From positions 8,031 through 72,030 of the IMG/VR virus record IMGVR_UViG_3300035034_000127: a stretch of 64,000 bases of DNA. One strand, given 5' to 3'. The notes under the pieces were generated by a model that saw only the letters and a list, made by a program, of their open reading frames with translations, was not told the DNA's origin and did not search any database. The first letter of the stretch is position 1. Each line of letters starts with the position of its first letter. This DNA is from a virus. Taxonomy: Duplodnaviria; Caudoviricetes. Both the position numbers and the translations under genes were made by a program. Positions 1 to 9,782 of this stretch are shown here, piece by piece.

Positions 1-377
1 GGTAGAACGTCGACTATGTTTCTTCCAGAATAAATGATATGGTTAAGCGTTTCGCCGCCCCATTCGATAAATATCTTCTTAGTGTTATAATCTATTTCGA
101 CAATATTTGGTGCCCACAGCTTATCTTGAAATAGCATTAAGTATTTTACTTCTCGATAAAAAACGTAATCAACTAATTCTTTAGTATAGTCTGGTCGCTC
201 AGGTAACCATTGTGCTAGGTCGGTAGTCTGGTATGCATTTGTGTGATCAAAGTGCATACATAGTACATCATTTTCTTTATTTGCTAAAGGAGTATAAACC
301 ATATTAGTTCCGGCCTTCTCCATATCATACGACTTGTACTTATATACAGGATCCCATGTTGAGGTATCAATACTCAT
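1..377 (-). CDS. Kinase-like protein, partial (runs off the left edge)
   Basis: Not in the ORF track; translated by hand from ATG at 377, open to the edge: MSIDTSTWDPVYKY...FYREVKYLMLFQDKLWAPNIVEIDYNTKKIFIEWGGETLNHII. The RE..YL / AP / IFIEW pattern resembles the N-lobe of a protein/LPS kinase-like fold; catalytic motifs would lie outside the window. Confidence 0.5.
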   Translation of the reverse strand, partial: MSIDTSTWDPVYKYKSYDMEKAGTNMVYTPLANKENDVLCMHFDHTNAYQTTDLAQWLPERPDYTKELVDYVFYREVKYLMLFQDKLWAPNIVEIDYNTKKIFIEWGGETLNHIIYSGRNIVDVL

Positions 378-1038
378 TAGTCTGTCCTAATCTAACTTCG
401 AATTGTTTAGGTACAATTTGCAATTCATCAATGCAACTGTACTCTATAAAAAATGCTACGCCTGCTGTAGTAGTTCTAAAATTTGTTATAATGTGCCTTT
501 TATTAGAACAATTAAGCCACGAGCTAACACTGTTGTCGAAAAGATATCGACAATTTACACCCTGCACTAAGATTTCGACTTCCACAGGATTCATCAGAGT
601 GGCATTATTAAGTAATTTCCTAACTACTAGCTGTACTCGGTTAAACTCGCCAAATACCGCTGCTGAATGACATATACTAGTGTCCATTAAATACCACTTC
701 CCGTCAACGATAGACGGGTACATCTTTTTACTTTCAAGGTCTATTAAAAATGCCTCATCGCTTCGAACAGTCAAATGATATCGATCGTCGATGTCAGCGT
801 GACGAAGATAAGACGTGCCGTTTTGCATGATAATAACTCTAGCTTCGCCTATGTTGCTAGGTAAGCTGTGCAGTGCAGTTTCAAATACAGTGCCGTTAAA
901 CTCAGGCTTTATTGCCCACGGATCATAAAAAAAATCACCAGTAGGATAATTAATTGAAATTTTAGCAGGATCGTCGCCCATTATGTCAAGAGATTGTGCG
1001 ATCGATATAGGAATAAAAAAGTTAGTAGCTGATATCAT
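367..1038 (-). CDS. 2OG-Fe(II) oxygenase, Asp/Asn beta-hydroxylase-like
   Basis: HxD motif (YLRHADIDDRYHL), distal His (ICHSA) and Arg (NRVQLVVR) match the double-stranded beta-helix facial triad. Confidence 0.65.
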   Translation of the reverse strand: MISATNFFIPISIAQSLDIMGDDPAKISINYPTGDFFYDPWAIKPEFNGTVFETALHSLPSNIGEARVIIMQNGTSYLRHADIDDRYHLTVRSDEAFLIDLESKKMYPSIVDGKWYLMDTSICHSAAVFGEFNRVQLVVRKLLNNATLMNPVEVEILVQGVNCRYLFDNSVSSWLNCSNKRHIITNFRTTTAGVAFFIEYSCIDELQIVPKQFEVRLGQTNEY

Positions 1039-1043
1039 AAAGC

Positions 1044-1072
1044 TATTTACCTAACAATAGAACAGGTAAATA
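1044..1072. promoter_or_regulatory. Back-to-back late-promoter cores (TAAATA on each strand) forming a 9-bp inverted repeat
   Basis: TATTTACCT (1044-1052) and AGGTAAATA (1064-1072); each TAAATA ends 5 nt before an ATG (1038 on -, 1078 on +). Confidence 0.65.
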
Positions 1073-1077
1073 TTAGT

Positions 1078-1815
1078 ATGAAACCGTACCACTATATTAA
1101 TATCAACGGAGTTCGACTGCCTGTATCTAACGAATGGAAGAAGATAGGCATAAGCGTTAGCGGAGGAGCTGATAGTGCGCTGCTTGCTTATTTAATTTGT
1201 TTGGACACTACAGCAGAAATACATATTATAAGTCAAGTAAGAGGATGGAAAACAAAACCTTGGCAAAGACATAATAGTATAGAAGTATACGAGTGGCTGG
1301 TTCAACATTTCCCGCATTTAACATTTGTAAGACACGAAGGATTTATACCGCCAGACCTTGAGTGGGGTGATAAAGGTCCTAATATTATAGACGAGTACAA
1401 CAAGTTAAAAAGTGGTAATCAAATTATTCTTCGATCACACAATGAGTTTATAATTCACAAAGAAAAATTAGACTCGTGGTTTGCTGCTGTAAATAAGAAT
1501 CCAGAGGTACCATTCCAAGGTGCACTTGCTGATAGAGACGAAGGGCACCTTCCGTTAATAATGGAACACATGGGTATTACAATTTGCCATCCTTTTGTGT
1601 ATACTATGAAAGACTGGATTATTAAACAATATTATAACTACGATATCCTAGACCTTCTTAATATTACAAGAAGCTGTGAAGGAGACCTAAACGATTACCC
1701 CGAGGTATTTGGAGACCTAGATTATCAAACATACATCCCAGGACAATACGTTCCAGAATGTCAACAATGCTTCTGGTGCAAAGAAAGACAGTGGGCTATT
1801 GAACAAGTCAAATAG
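1078..1815 (+). CDS. QueC-like PP-loop ATPase (adenine nucleotide alpha-hydrolase superfamily)
   Basis: PP-loop GISVSGGADSALL plus a C-terminal Zn-type cluster TRSC...ECQQCFWCKER, as in QueC. Substrate unknown. Confidence 0.7.
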   Translation: MKPYHYININGVRLPVSNEWKKIGISVSGGADSALLAYLICLDTTAEIHIISQVRGWKTKPWQRHNSIEVYEWLVQHFPHLTFVRHEGFIPPDLEWGDKGPNIIDEYNKLKSGNQIILRSHNEFIIHKEKLDSWFAAVNKNPEVPFQGALADRDEGHLPLIMEHMGITICHPFVYTMKDWIIKQYYNYDILDLLNITRSCEGDLNDYPEVFGDLDYQTYIPGQYVPECQQCFWCKERQWAIEQVK

Positions 1816-3070
1816 TTGTACTTTTTGTATGCATCCTTTTACAGGATTAGCCACCCGCGAAGACGGCGCTATTAAGGTGTGCTGTCGTTCTCAGCCCATT
1901 GGGTGGATACAAGAAGAAACCTTAGAACAAGCGTGGAACAACGACAAGATGAGAGAGGTTCGTAAGCAAGTATTAAACAACGAGCGTCCTGACGTATGTA
2001 AGCCGTGCTTTGATCTCGAAGATCAGGGGGTCGAGAGCTTACGACAACGCCACATAGCAGGTGTTATACCCGAAGCAAGGGCCAACTTATACCCTGACGC
2101 ACTGGACGGTTTGGAGGACGACTATACTATGCCCTTCGAATTCCCTACTATAGAAATAAAAATCAACAACTTATGCAATCTCAAGTGTAGAATGTGTAAT
2201 CCACTGGACAGCACTAGCTGGAAAGACTGGGATCAGGTCACTGAGTTTTACAAAAAGGAAAACAACTACTTGATTCCCACAGTAGAAAAGCTAGTAGATA
2301 AGCCAGGACAGTACATAGGTCCGTTTGACAATACAGCAAACTGGTGGGATAGCTTCGAAAAGCTGCTACCTTTCTTTAGACGAGTAGAATTTGCTGGTGG
2401 GGAACCGTTAATGGACCCTAATCACTACAAGATTCTTGACATGCTAGCGCCGTACGGTGAGAACATTGAAATAAAATACGCAACAAACGGCACAAAGCTG
2501 GGCATAGGCAAGGGCCGGACTATACAGGAGTACTGGCCCAAGTTTAGAAGTGTAGCTGTAAACGTGAGCATAGACGGTATACACGATGTATACGAATATA
2601 TCCGCGGCAACGGCAAATTTAACGAAGTAGTCGACAATATCAGAATTATGCAATCTATCCCTACAGTGAGCAGAATTGTTGGGGCATTTACTGTACAAGC
2701 AAATAACATCATGCAAATTGACAAAGTGATTGACTATTTCTTAAACGAACTAGATATTATCTTTTACAGCCACCGGGTAACCTATCCAATGGCGTTGAGT
2801 GCGCAAGTATTGCCGCCCGCATTAAAACAGGAGGTCGTTAACAAGCTAGAAATAATGAAAACAGAAGTGTTGACCTATCCTAAAATTCAATCAAGTGAGT
2901 TGCTAAAGAAAGTAACGCTGCAACAGATTCAAGACAACATTAACTTCTTACAAGCAAAGTGTATGTTCGAATCACACTGGCAAGACTGCATTGCGTTTAA
3001 CAAAAAACTAGATGCTACACGAGGTCAAGACTTTTTGGCAGCTAACCCAAGGTTTAGACCCTACGCATGA
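1799..3070 (+). CDS. Radical SAM enzyme with N-terminal SPASM/twitch-like Cys domain
   Basis: CNLKCRMC (CxxxCxxC) and FAGGEP; N-terminal CMHPF...DGAIKVCC...CKPC. Confidence 0.9.
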   Translation: MNKSNSCTFCMHPFTGLATREDGAIKVCCRSQPIGWIQEETLEQAWNNDKMREVRKQVLNNERPDVCKPCFDLEDQGVESLRQRHIAGVIPEARANLYPDALDGLEDDYTMPFEFPTIEIKINNLCNLKCRMCNPLDSTSWKDWDQVTEFYKKENNYLIPTVEKLVDKPGQYIGPFDNTANWWDSFEKLLPFFRRVEFAGGEPLMDPNHYKILDMLAPYGENIEIKYATNGTKLGIGKGRTIQEYWPKFRSVAVNVSIDGIHDVYEYIRGNGKFNEVVDNIRIMQSIPTVSRIVGAFTVQANNIMQIDKVIDYFLNELDIIFYSHRVTYPMALSAQVLPPALKQEVVNKLEIMKTEVLTYPKIQSSELLKKVTLQQIQDNINFLQAKCMFESHWQDCIAFNKKLDATRGQDFLAANPRFRPYA

Positions 3071-3951
3071 AACACGTGACCAGCAAGTGGCCTCACCAAG
3101 ACAGTATTAAGGTAGAATGGAATCTAGGAAAACGCTGTAACCTAGATTGCGGCTACTGCCCTGCTGAAATCCACGATAACTTTAGCCCACACACTAATAT
3201 TGAGATACTAAAACGCACAGTAGATCACCTTGCGGCTCTAGGCAAGCCGGTGCGTATAAGCTTCACAGGGGGCGAGCCTTGTGTGCATCCTCAAATAGAC
3301 GAACTGCTACGCTACGCAAAAGAGAGAGTAGATTGGATTAATGTGACCACTAATGCATCCAGGAAAGCAGAGTGGTATATTAAACAACCTGTAAACCATT
3401 ATGTGTTCAGTCTTCACTTTGACAATAAAACCGTAGATCGAATGATTAGGCAAATTATGCAAGTCAAAACAACCTCAATCATTCCGTTCCATGTAAATAT
3501 CATGGCGCACCACGAACACATGGACCGTGTTAGATCTGCTGTTAGATTATTTAGTTTGTTTGATATACACTACGCTGTACGACGCATACGATGGACTGAA
3601 AAACACGACTGGTTTGACGACTTACGATACGTTCAAGAAGATCTAGAATGGTTGCTAGAAAACGATGCCACGGCAAAATCCAACGTAATTATCGACCATA
3701 CAACTGAGTTACATGCTAACGATGTTATTAAGAAACATCTTAATCAATTTAAAGGGTGGCAGTGTAACGCCGGTGTTGAGAGCTTGATGATAAACTGGGA
3801 CGGTGAAGTGCATAGAGCAACATGCAGAGTAGGTGGCAGTTTAGGTAACATTTATACTGGAACATTTACGCAACCGCCCGAAGCTATAATTTGCACTAGG
3901 CAATGGTGTACTTGTGCCGCAGATATTCCTTTAACAAAGACCAAAATATGA
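3067..3951 (+). CDS. Radical SAM enzyme with C-terminal twitch/SPASM-like domain
   Basis: CNLDCGYC, FTGGEP, TTN; C-terminal GWQCNAG...TC...CTRQWCTC. ATGA overlap with the upstream gene. Confidence 0.9.
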   Translation: MKHVTSKWPHQDSIKVEWNLGKRCNLDCGYCPAEIHDNFSPHTNIEILKRTVDHLAALGKPVRISFTGGEPCVHPQIDELLRYAKERVDWINVTTNASRKAEWYIKQPVNHYVFSLHFDNKTVDRMIRQIMQVKTTSIIPFHVNIMAHHEHMDRVRSAVRLFSLFDIHYAVRRIRWTEKHDWFDDLRYVQEDLEWLLENDATAKSNVIIDHTTELHANDVIKKHLNQFKGWQCNAGVESLMINWDGEVHRATCRVGGSLGNIYTGTFTQPPEAIICTRQWCTCAADIPLTKTKI

Positions 3952-5006
3952 TAAAAACAGAAGCAATAACATTAGCTGGCCCAGAAAAAATGATGGTGAC
4001 CTGGGACACGGGTAGACGATGTAACTTTGATTGCACCTACTGCGAAGCTACTAGACACAACACGTATAGCCCCTATCATTCCTACGAAGAATTATTAACT
4101 ACACTAGAATTTGTTAAAGAGTACACTAGTATATACGACACAGAAAAACAAGGCGTAAACGTAGATTTTACCGGCGGAGAACCTACTGCTAATCCTAACT
4201 TTTGGAAACTGGCCAGACATATAAAAGATCACGAACCTCAGTTAAGTTGCGGATTAACAACCAACGGAGTATGGAATCCTAGGCGAACTGAAGAGATAGT
4301 AGAATTGTTTCACGGGCTAACGGTTAGCTACCATCCCGAAGGCGGAGCAAAGGCCAAGGCTCACGTTATAGAAAATATAAAACGCCTTCACAAATCCGGT
4401 ATTTGGTTGCAAATAAATGTAATGATGCACGTTGATCACTTTGAAGAAGTACAACGAGTGTGTCGCTTACTAACAGATCTTGGTATAACGCATTTTCCAA
4501 GGCCAATCGGAGACGGAACGGTTGAAAGAAGTGGATGGTTTAAGGATACTGACGGATCTATGCGCAGAACTAGTCATAGTTACAGTGAAGATCAACAAGA
4601 GTGGTTCTTTGACTATATTGGCCAGCCTAATCCTGCAAAACAAAAGAAGGAAGGATCTTCAATAGGAAGAGGCTGCTGCGGTGGAAGATGCATGACAGGA
4701 AAAGTTGACGGCGAGTGGATTCCAGTAACTCACGTTGACAATAATTTTAAAGGATGGTTTTGCTCTGTTAATAAATTCTTTATGCATATTGACCAACATG
4801 ATAAATTAGTCTATCATCATCAAACTTGTCAATCACTTCACGGTGGCAAAAGAGGACCGCTAGGCAGTTTAAACAACACTGCTGCCATTCTGGACTACGC
4901 CAAAAATGCAGTAAACGGTAGTCCTATAGTATGCCCGAACAATCGTTGCGGGTGCGGAACTTGCATTCCTAAAGCTAAACATATAGAAGTGTTCAACTTG
5001 CTTTAA
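3948..5006 (+). CDS. Radical SAM enzyme with C-terminal Cys-rich domain
   Basis: CNFDCTYC, FTGGEP, TTNG; GCCGGRC, GWFC, CPNNRCGCGTC. Start moved to ATG 3948 (ATGA coupling) from the track's 3903. Confidence 0.9.
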   Translation: MIKTEAITLAGPEKMMVTWDTGRRCNFDCTYCEATRHNTYSPYHSYEELLTTLEFVKEYTSIYDTEKQGVNVDFTGGEPTANPNFWKLARHIKDHEPQLSCGLTTNGVWNPRRTEEIVELFHGLTVSYHPEGGAKAKAHVIENIKRLHKSGIWLQINVMMHVDHFEEVQRVCRLLTDLGITHFPRPIGDGTVERSGWFKDTDGSMRRTSHSYSEDQQEWFFDYIGQPNPAKQKKEGSSIGRGCCGGRCMTGKVDGEWIPVTHVDNNFKGWFCSVNKFFMHIDQHDKLVYHHQTCQSLHGGKRGPLGSLNNTAAILDYAKNAVNGSPIVCPNNRCGCGTCIPKAKHIEVFNLL

Positions 5007-6412
5007 AGCAAGTGTGCTAACTCCGGAAATACTATCTTAGCTGAGTTGCCTCGTATTGCATCCAGTTTAGTCACATATTCTTTAAAGCCAGGCAACAGAT
5101 AGCTGTTGTCTTGAGCGTCCATATGTTTTAATACCGCTTCCCATCGCTTCCATCCATAAGGGTTAATTTTCCAAAAGTCGTCGTCTTGACGATAGTTTTC
5201 CCAAAGCCACATTTTAAACTCTGCAAAAATTCGATGTACTTCTAGTTTGTCTTCTAGCGGAAGTATCTGTATGCTAAGAAACGTAGGAATATACAGTAGG
5301 TGCATGTTCACAAGTCCGCCTCCCATCTGTACTCCACCCGGAACTGTTCCTTCGTTTAGCTTCTTAAAGTTCGAACGTATCTTCCATTTCATGAACTCTG
5401 GCAAATGTTTGATGTTAAAAATCTGTATTGCTGTTGCTAGACTAGTCTGAATATTATCAGGTGAATCGTCTAACATATGAAGCGTCTTCTCAACTTGTGC
5501 AAAGTCTGTAGGAAAGCGAATGTATTCGTCGCGTGGACCACAGGCATCCATGCTGATAGCAAACTTAACCTTTTTAAACTTCTTCCATAACTCTAACAAT
5601 TCGTTGTCGACTAGCAGTCCGTTTGAGTTATAACGCAGTAGTATCTTATCTTGGTAGCCTTGTCTTATAATTTCTTGAATAAACATTTTGTGTTCTTTAA
5701 TCATAAGCGGTTCACCGCCAGCAAAGTATACTTGTTTAAGGTTTGGTACCTGTTTGTACATCTCTTTCCAGAAAGTATCTTTTTGATGCCACTTATTGTC
5801 AAAATTATCTTTGTCGAATTGGAGTTGTTGTTTGACATTATCGTCTTCAATTTGAGGTAATAACTTTTGCCAATCTTTAACCCACTTACTAGAATCATGA
5901 GGACTACACATTACACATTTAATGTTACAAGTATGTCCGAGTCTTAGGTCAAGGTATTGCAGTTCTTCTGGTACTGTTCCGTCTTGTTTAGTTTGCTCTA
6001 TTAGATAGGGGATGTCAACATCATCGCGGTGCCAAGTCATTGTCTCCCATATTCGTTTAGACACAACTCCTTGACTTTCTTCTTTAAAGCACTTAGTACA
6101 ACTTGCAGGAACTTCGCCTTTGAGCATAGTTGTACGCACACTTTTCATGTAATCGTTATTCCATGCGGCCATTGGAGTGTCCTTGCCAAAGTTTGCAGGT
6201 TTGCCGTCTTCCATTTTAACCAAGCCCACTTCGTGGTCATTGCCTGCGCCGCTGGCGTTTGCACTGCAACACAAGCGCATATCTCCGTTAGGACGAGTGG
6301 CGAAGTGAATCCACGGCAGTACGCAGTAACTTTGCGAACCTGAAACTGTTTCTATTTCTCGTTGATATTTGCCTAGTGCACTGTCTTTGTCATTGTACCA
6401 TTTGTTAGTCAT
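5003..6412 (-). CDS. Radical SAM enzyme with N-terminal SPASM/twitch-like domain (paralog of 1799..3070)
   Basis: CNIKCVMC, FAGGEP, YNSNG; N-terminal CVLPW...NGDMRLCC...CTKC. Confidence 0.9.
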   Translation of the reverse strand: MTNKWYNDKDSALGKYQREIETVSGSQSYCVLPWIHFATRPNGDMRLCCSANASGAGNDHEVGLVKMEDGKPANFGKDTPMAAWNNDYMKSVRTTMLKGEVPASCTKCFKEESQGVVSKRIWETMTWHRDDVDIPYLIEQTKQDGTVPEELQYLDLRLGHTCNIKCVMCSPHDSSKWVKDWQKLLPQIEDDNVKQQLQFDKDNFDNKWHQKDTFWKEMYKQVPNLKQVYFAGGEPLMIKEHKMFIQEIIRQGYQDKILLRYNSNGLLVDNELLELWKKFKKVKFAISMDACGPRDEYIRFPTDFAQVEKTLHMLDDSPDNIQTSLATAIQIFNIKHLPEFMKWKIRSNFKKLNEGTVPGGVQMGGGLVNMHLLYIPTFLSIQILPLEDKLEVHRIFAEFKMWLWENYRQDDDFWKINPYGWKRWEAVLKHMDAQDNSYLLPGFKEYVTKLDAIRGNSAKIVFPELAHLL

Positions 6413-7484
6413 TGTTTAATATAGTTACCTTAATAAATTGATCTTTTGGCTTAGGAAGCTCTGCTACGCTTCCGCAGGTTCTCGCACATGTTACTAACTT
6501 GTTTTGCGTCCAATAGTATTCCCAAGCAGTCTGCCAACTATCAGAGCTAACAATGTCGTTAACTGATCGATTCAGGGCGTTAGTATCTCCCAGTGTTTGT
6601 TTTAACTCTCGATACTGCTGTAGCATGTGAGTTCTTATCTCTCTAGTGATGTCATTTGCAGGTGCGTAGTTGTAAGGTGCGCTTGCAAGAAAACAGCACG
6701 GAAAAACATTTCTATACGCATCAATGTATATCTCTTTAGTGTGCTGAACGTAACAATTAATTTCAGAGTCGCCTAATACTTTTCTATAATTCTTAACAGT
6801 ATCTTCTGAAATAAAAGGAAGCTCCGAGGAAGAAGGCGGCTCAATGAAGTACTGCGTTTCTCCTTTATTGTCGTATACCGGAAATTTAGGACTTCCTACA
6901 AATCTAGAACTGTTCTTCTCAGTAAACAGCGCAAATCCGGTCTCTTTGGCCCGGCTTCTGGCTTCTTCTACTTGATGCTCGTTATGTTTAAATTTTATAA
7001 AACACCATTCGGCATTACCGCCGGCGCCGATAAATGCAATAGCATTTTTAATAATACGATTGAAATCAGTACCAATACGATAAAGATGATGTGTATCTTC
7101 TAGCCCATCTAACGCAAAGATTACTTTATGTGTCCTAGGTAGCACTTTGGCTAACTGTGCCCACCATGCTGTAGTTCTAGCACTTCCGTTTGTGTGTATA
7201 CGAATATTAAGACTAGGATTTGTTTGGGCGGCGTAATCAATCATATCAATAAGATCCTTGTTAATAATAGGATCACCAAAGTTGCCGCACATATAGAAAC
7301 CTTTAATTTGGTCCAGAACTCCGGGCGTGGCTATCTTCTTAAAATCGTCAACTGACCATTCCTGATTTTTTATTAACGGATTATCTTGGCCGCCATGATG
7401 GTTTCTTGAGCACATCGGACAAGCTGCTTGACACTTGTTGGTTATCTCAAAGTGGATATCTTCGAGCTCTGTAAATTTAAACAA
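6405..7484 (-). CDS. Radical SAM enzyme with C-terminal SPASM/twitch-like domain
   Basis: CQAACPMC, GNFGDP, HTNG, ALDG; C-terminal C...YIDAYRNVFPCC...CARTC. TTG start with GGAGG upstream. Confidence 0.9.
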   Translation of the reverse strand: MFKFTELEDIHFEITNKCQAACPMCSRNHHGGQDNPLIKNQEWSVDDFKKIATPGVLDQIKGFYMCGNFGDPIINKDLIDMIDYAAQTNPSLNIRIHTNGSARTTAWWAQLAKVLPRTHKVIFALDGLEDTHHLYRIGTDFNRIIKNAIAFIGAGGNAEWCFIKFKHNEHQVEEARSRAKETGFALFTEKNSSRFVGSPKFPVYDNKGETQYFIEPPSSSELPFISEDTVKNYRKVLGDSEINCYVQHTKEIYIDAYRNVFPCCFLASAPYNYAPANDITREIRTHMLQQYRELKQTLGDTNALNRSVNDIVSSDSWQTAWEYYWTQNKLVTCARTCGSVAELPKPKDQFIKVTILNND

Positions 7485-8079
7485 TTTTCCTCCCTATCAA
7501 CATAAATCTTGTGTACAGTGGTGTTTCTAGTTCGTCGCGGTGTATAACTTCTATTTCCGAATGTTCTTCAAATTCTTGTAGTGTTGAGTGGCACCGAACG
7601 TGCTCTGCACAATCAAAATAGTTGTTACTCTGCAGAACAACAAGCGCATTCGTCGGAACTAAGCTTAACCACTGATCATATTGTACTTGTGTTAAGTGCT
7701 CACAAATAGTGTTAATTACTACGTCACCTCTATATATCTGCCGAGTTAAATCGCCAGTAATTGCTCGGAACCTTCCCTGCATCTCTTGTCTTTTATTTAC
7801 CGTGCAGGCTGTTTCCTCACAGTAAGGATCGATATCGTAAGAATGTATTTCTCTAATTTGCAGATTGCTATTAAATAAAATACTAGCAAGCACGCCGTTC
7901 CAGCCACCGTGAATGACATATTTCGATGCACTTGTAGGGGCATACCTAGTAAGTGCTTCTACTAACCATACTTTCGATCGTACTTGTCCCTTCCAAAAGC
8001 TCTCAAGAGTTCTGTATCTACTACTCGAGTTGCGCACCGCATCCATCCAAAATAATACGTCTTCGATTTCTACTTTCAT
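7477..8079 (-). CDS. Class I SAM-dependent methyltransferase
   Basis: Motif I-like VIHGGWNG, acidic YDIDP, and VVINTICEHL. Start moved to ATG 8079 (MKVEIEDVLFW), coupled to the upstream stop. Confidence 0.7.
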   Translation of the reverse strand: MKVEIEDVLFWMDAVRNSSSRYRTLESFWKGQVRSKVWLVEALTRYAPTSASKYVIHGGWNGVLASILFNSNLQIREIHSYDIDPYCEETACTVNKRQEMQGRFRAITGDLTRQIYRGDVVINTICEHLTQVQYDQWLSLVPTNALVVLQSNNYFDCAEHVRCHSTLQEFEEHSEIEVIHRDELETPLYTRFMLIGRKIV

Positions 8080-9062
8080 TGTTTTACCTTGGGTATTTTT
8101 GAATCTGCAGAACTTACGCAAGTCGGAGTAATACAAGTAGCTGGACTTGTAAATAAGCTAAATCCGTCTTGGATAGTTCCTAGTGGAACGTCGTGGCAAC
8201 TATAGGCTCGTTTAACTTCGCCACCGGGCTCGCGTATAATGCAACTTTGAAAACCTGCGTTACAGTTCCATCCTTGAAACTTATTAAAACCAAATGCATT
8301 AAATCGTTCTGCTTGATCTATATAATAAGTATTGCCTTGTCTATCTTCCAAGCGAACTTGCGGAGCGACCTCTCCGTGGTACTCTTGAGGGAATCCAATT
8401 TGAAGAAGTTGTTTTTGTGCGTCAGTATAGCCCTCTACCACTTCAGTAGCCGTATCGTTGCTCTGTGGCTTTAGTGTGACGTTTATACCACGTTCCGCAA
8501 ACCTTGCACATCTCTCATAATACTCGTCAAACAGTTCAGGAACCATTACTTGGTTAATAGTGAGATAAGTGTTGTTGTCAAGTAGTTGCAAACACTTGTC
8601 TCCAAACTCTTGTTCACGAGCAAACTCTGCATGAAAGCTAGCTGTAATACTGCGACGAGCAAGAGGTGCAGTTACTTCTAGCCATTTGTTCCACCATTTA
8701 CTACCTGGGCTTAGATTCGTAGTCATATGCAGACTTTGATACTGGGCAAAGTCGTCGTTTACATAGTGCTCTATTAACTGGCCAAATTTCTTGTACGCTG
8801 TTGGCTCACCGCCACTAAACGAGAAATGAAACTCTGTAAATCCGTTGGCTCTAGCTTGACGTTTGATCTCTGTTATTGTGTTTTTGTATAGTTCTAGCTG
8901 ACGGTGGTCCGGAACACTTGTTCGCGCATAAGGCCAGCAGTAAGAACAATTATAGTTGCAAAATCTAGCCAATATCCAAGATACAGCAAACAGTTTGTTA
9001 TCTAACATTGTTTGCTGTCCGAAACTAGTTATGTCTTCGAACGGAATATCTTGATAGCTCAT
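8076..9062 (-). CDS. Radical SAM enzyme with C-terminal twitch-like domain (paralog of 3067..3951)
   Basis: CNYNCSYC, FSGGEP, TTN; GWNCNAG...SC...CITPTC. Confidence 0.9.
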   Translation of the reverse strand: MSYQDIPFEDITSFGQQTMLDNKLFAVSWILARFCNYNCSYCWPYARTSVPDHRQLELYKNTITEIKRQARANGFTEFHFSFSGGEPTAYKKFGQLIEHYVNDDFAQYQSLHMTTNLSPGSKWWNKWLEVTAPLARRSITASFHAEFAREQEFGDKCLQLLDNNTYLTINQVMVPELFDEYYERCARFAERGINVTLKPQSNDTATEVVEGYTDAQKQLLQIGFPQEYHGEVAPQVRLEDRQGNTYYIDQAERFNAFGFNKFQGWNCNAGFQSCIIREPGGEVKRAYSCHDVPLGTIQDGFSLFTSPATCITPTCVSSADSKIPKVKQ

Positions 9063-9748
9063 ACGTTGAGTTTGTTCTCCTCTAAGAATTGTTGGTACAG
9101 CCAGTCATAATCGTTTATCTTTCCTAGCTCATTATTAAACTGATAAACAGTGCCGTATTTGCGGCCAGCGGCGGCTCCTCTAAGAGCATAGTCTCCAAAC
9201 ATTGCTCCTCTGCCACTTGTGCACCAAACATCAAGGCGTTGTTTAGTTTCTTCGTCTATTTGTCCTCTTATAGTGTTGCTTGCTAGTTTAGCACACTCTC
9301 TAAATGCGCTTCTCCATGTTGCAAACGCATCTGTATTAAAACTGGTTATATTTGATATATCTGGCATTGCTTTAAAATTGGTTGAAATACTGGTAGTCAC
9401 GTCATGGCTGTCAAAATCCATATTTAAAGTGAGCCTGCGCGGCAGTAACTTTACGCCTCCGTAGCCGTATTCTAATCCGTTAATAGGATTAATGCTGCGC
9501 CAAACATGCACTGTGTCTAGGGAATACTCATCTACTTTATATTCAAAAGAAAAATCGTCAGCTAGCTGCGCGTCAGCATCGACTACCCAAAACATCTTAG
9601 TAAAGCACTGTTTAGCTGCTTTGATGTGAGCTTGGTGAATTCCTTTAACTCCGTCTACCCGTTTAGCTGCCGGGAATCTGCGTTTAAGAGATTCCCAGTT
9701 TTCTTCTGCGTTAATTTCATTGTAGCTTATAAAAATTATATCATACAT
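9059..9748 (-). CDS. GT-A fold glycosyltransferase-like protein
   Basis: DIIFISYNE N-terminus and DxD motif (WVVDADA); paralog of 12310..13212. Confidence 0.65.
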   Translation of the reverse strand: MYDIIFISYNEINAEENWESLKRRFPAAKRVDGVKGIHQAHIKAAKQCFTKMFWVVDADAQLADDFSFEYKVDEYSLDTVHVWRSINPINGLEYGYGGVKLLPRRLTLNMDFDSHDVTTSISTNFKAMPDISNITSFNTDAFATWRSAFRECAKLASNTIRGQIDEETKQRLDVWCTSGRGAMFGDYALRGAAAGRKYGTVYQFNNELGKINDYDWLYQQFLEENKLNV

Positions 9749-9753
9749 AATAT

Positions 9754-9782
9754 ATTGTACTACTTTTTATTAAATATGTCAA
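9754..9782 (-). promoter_or_regulatory. sigma70-type promoter
   Basis: Minus strand TTGACA (9782-9777), 17-nt spacer, TACAAT (9759-9754); ATG at 9748 is only 5 nt further, suggesting a leaderless mRNA. Confidence 0.75.

Noticed and set aside
1799-9062. RiPP cluster with a precursor peptide
   Set aside because: Genes overlap end to end, leaving no room for a small precursor ORF, and there is no transporter or peptidase; a precursor elsewhere in the genome cannot be excluded.
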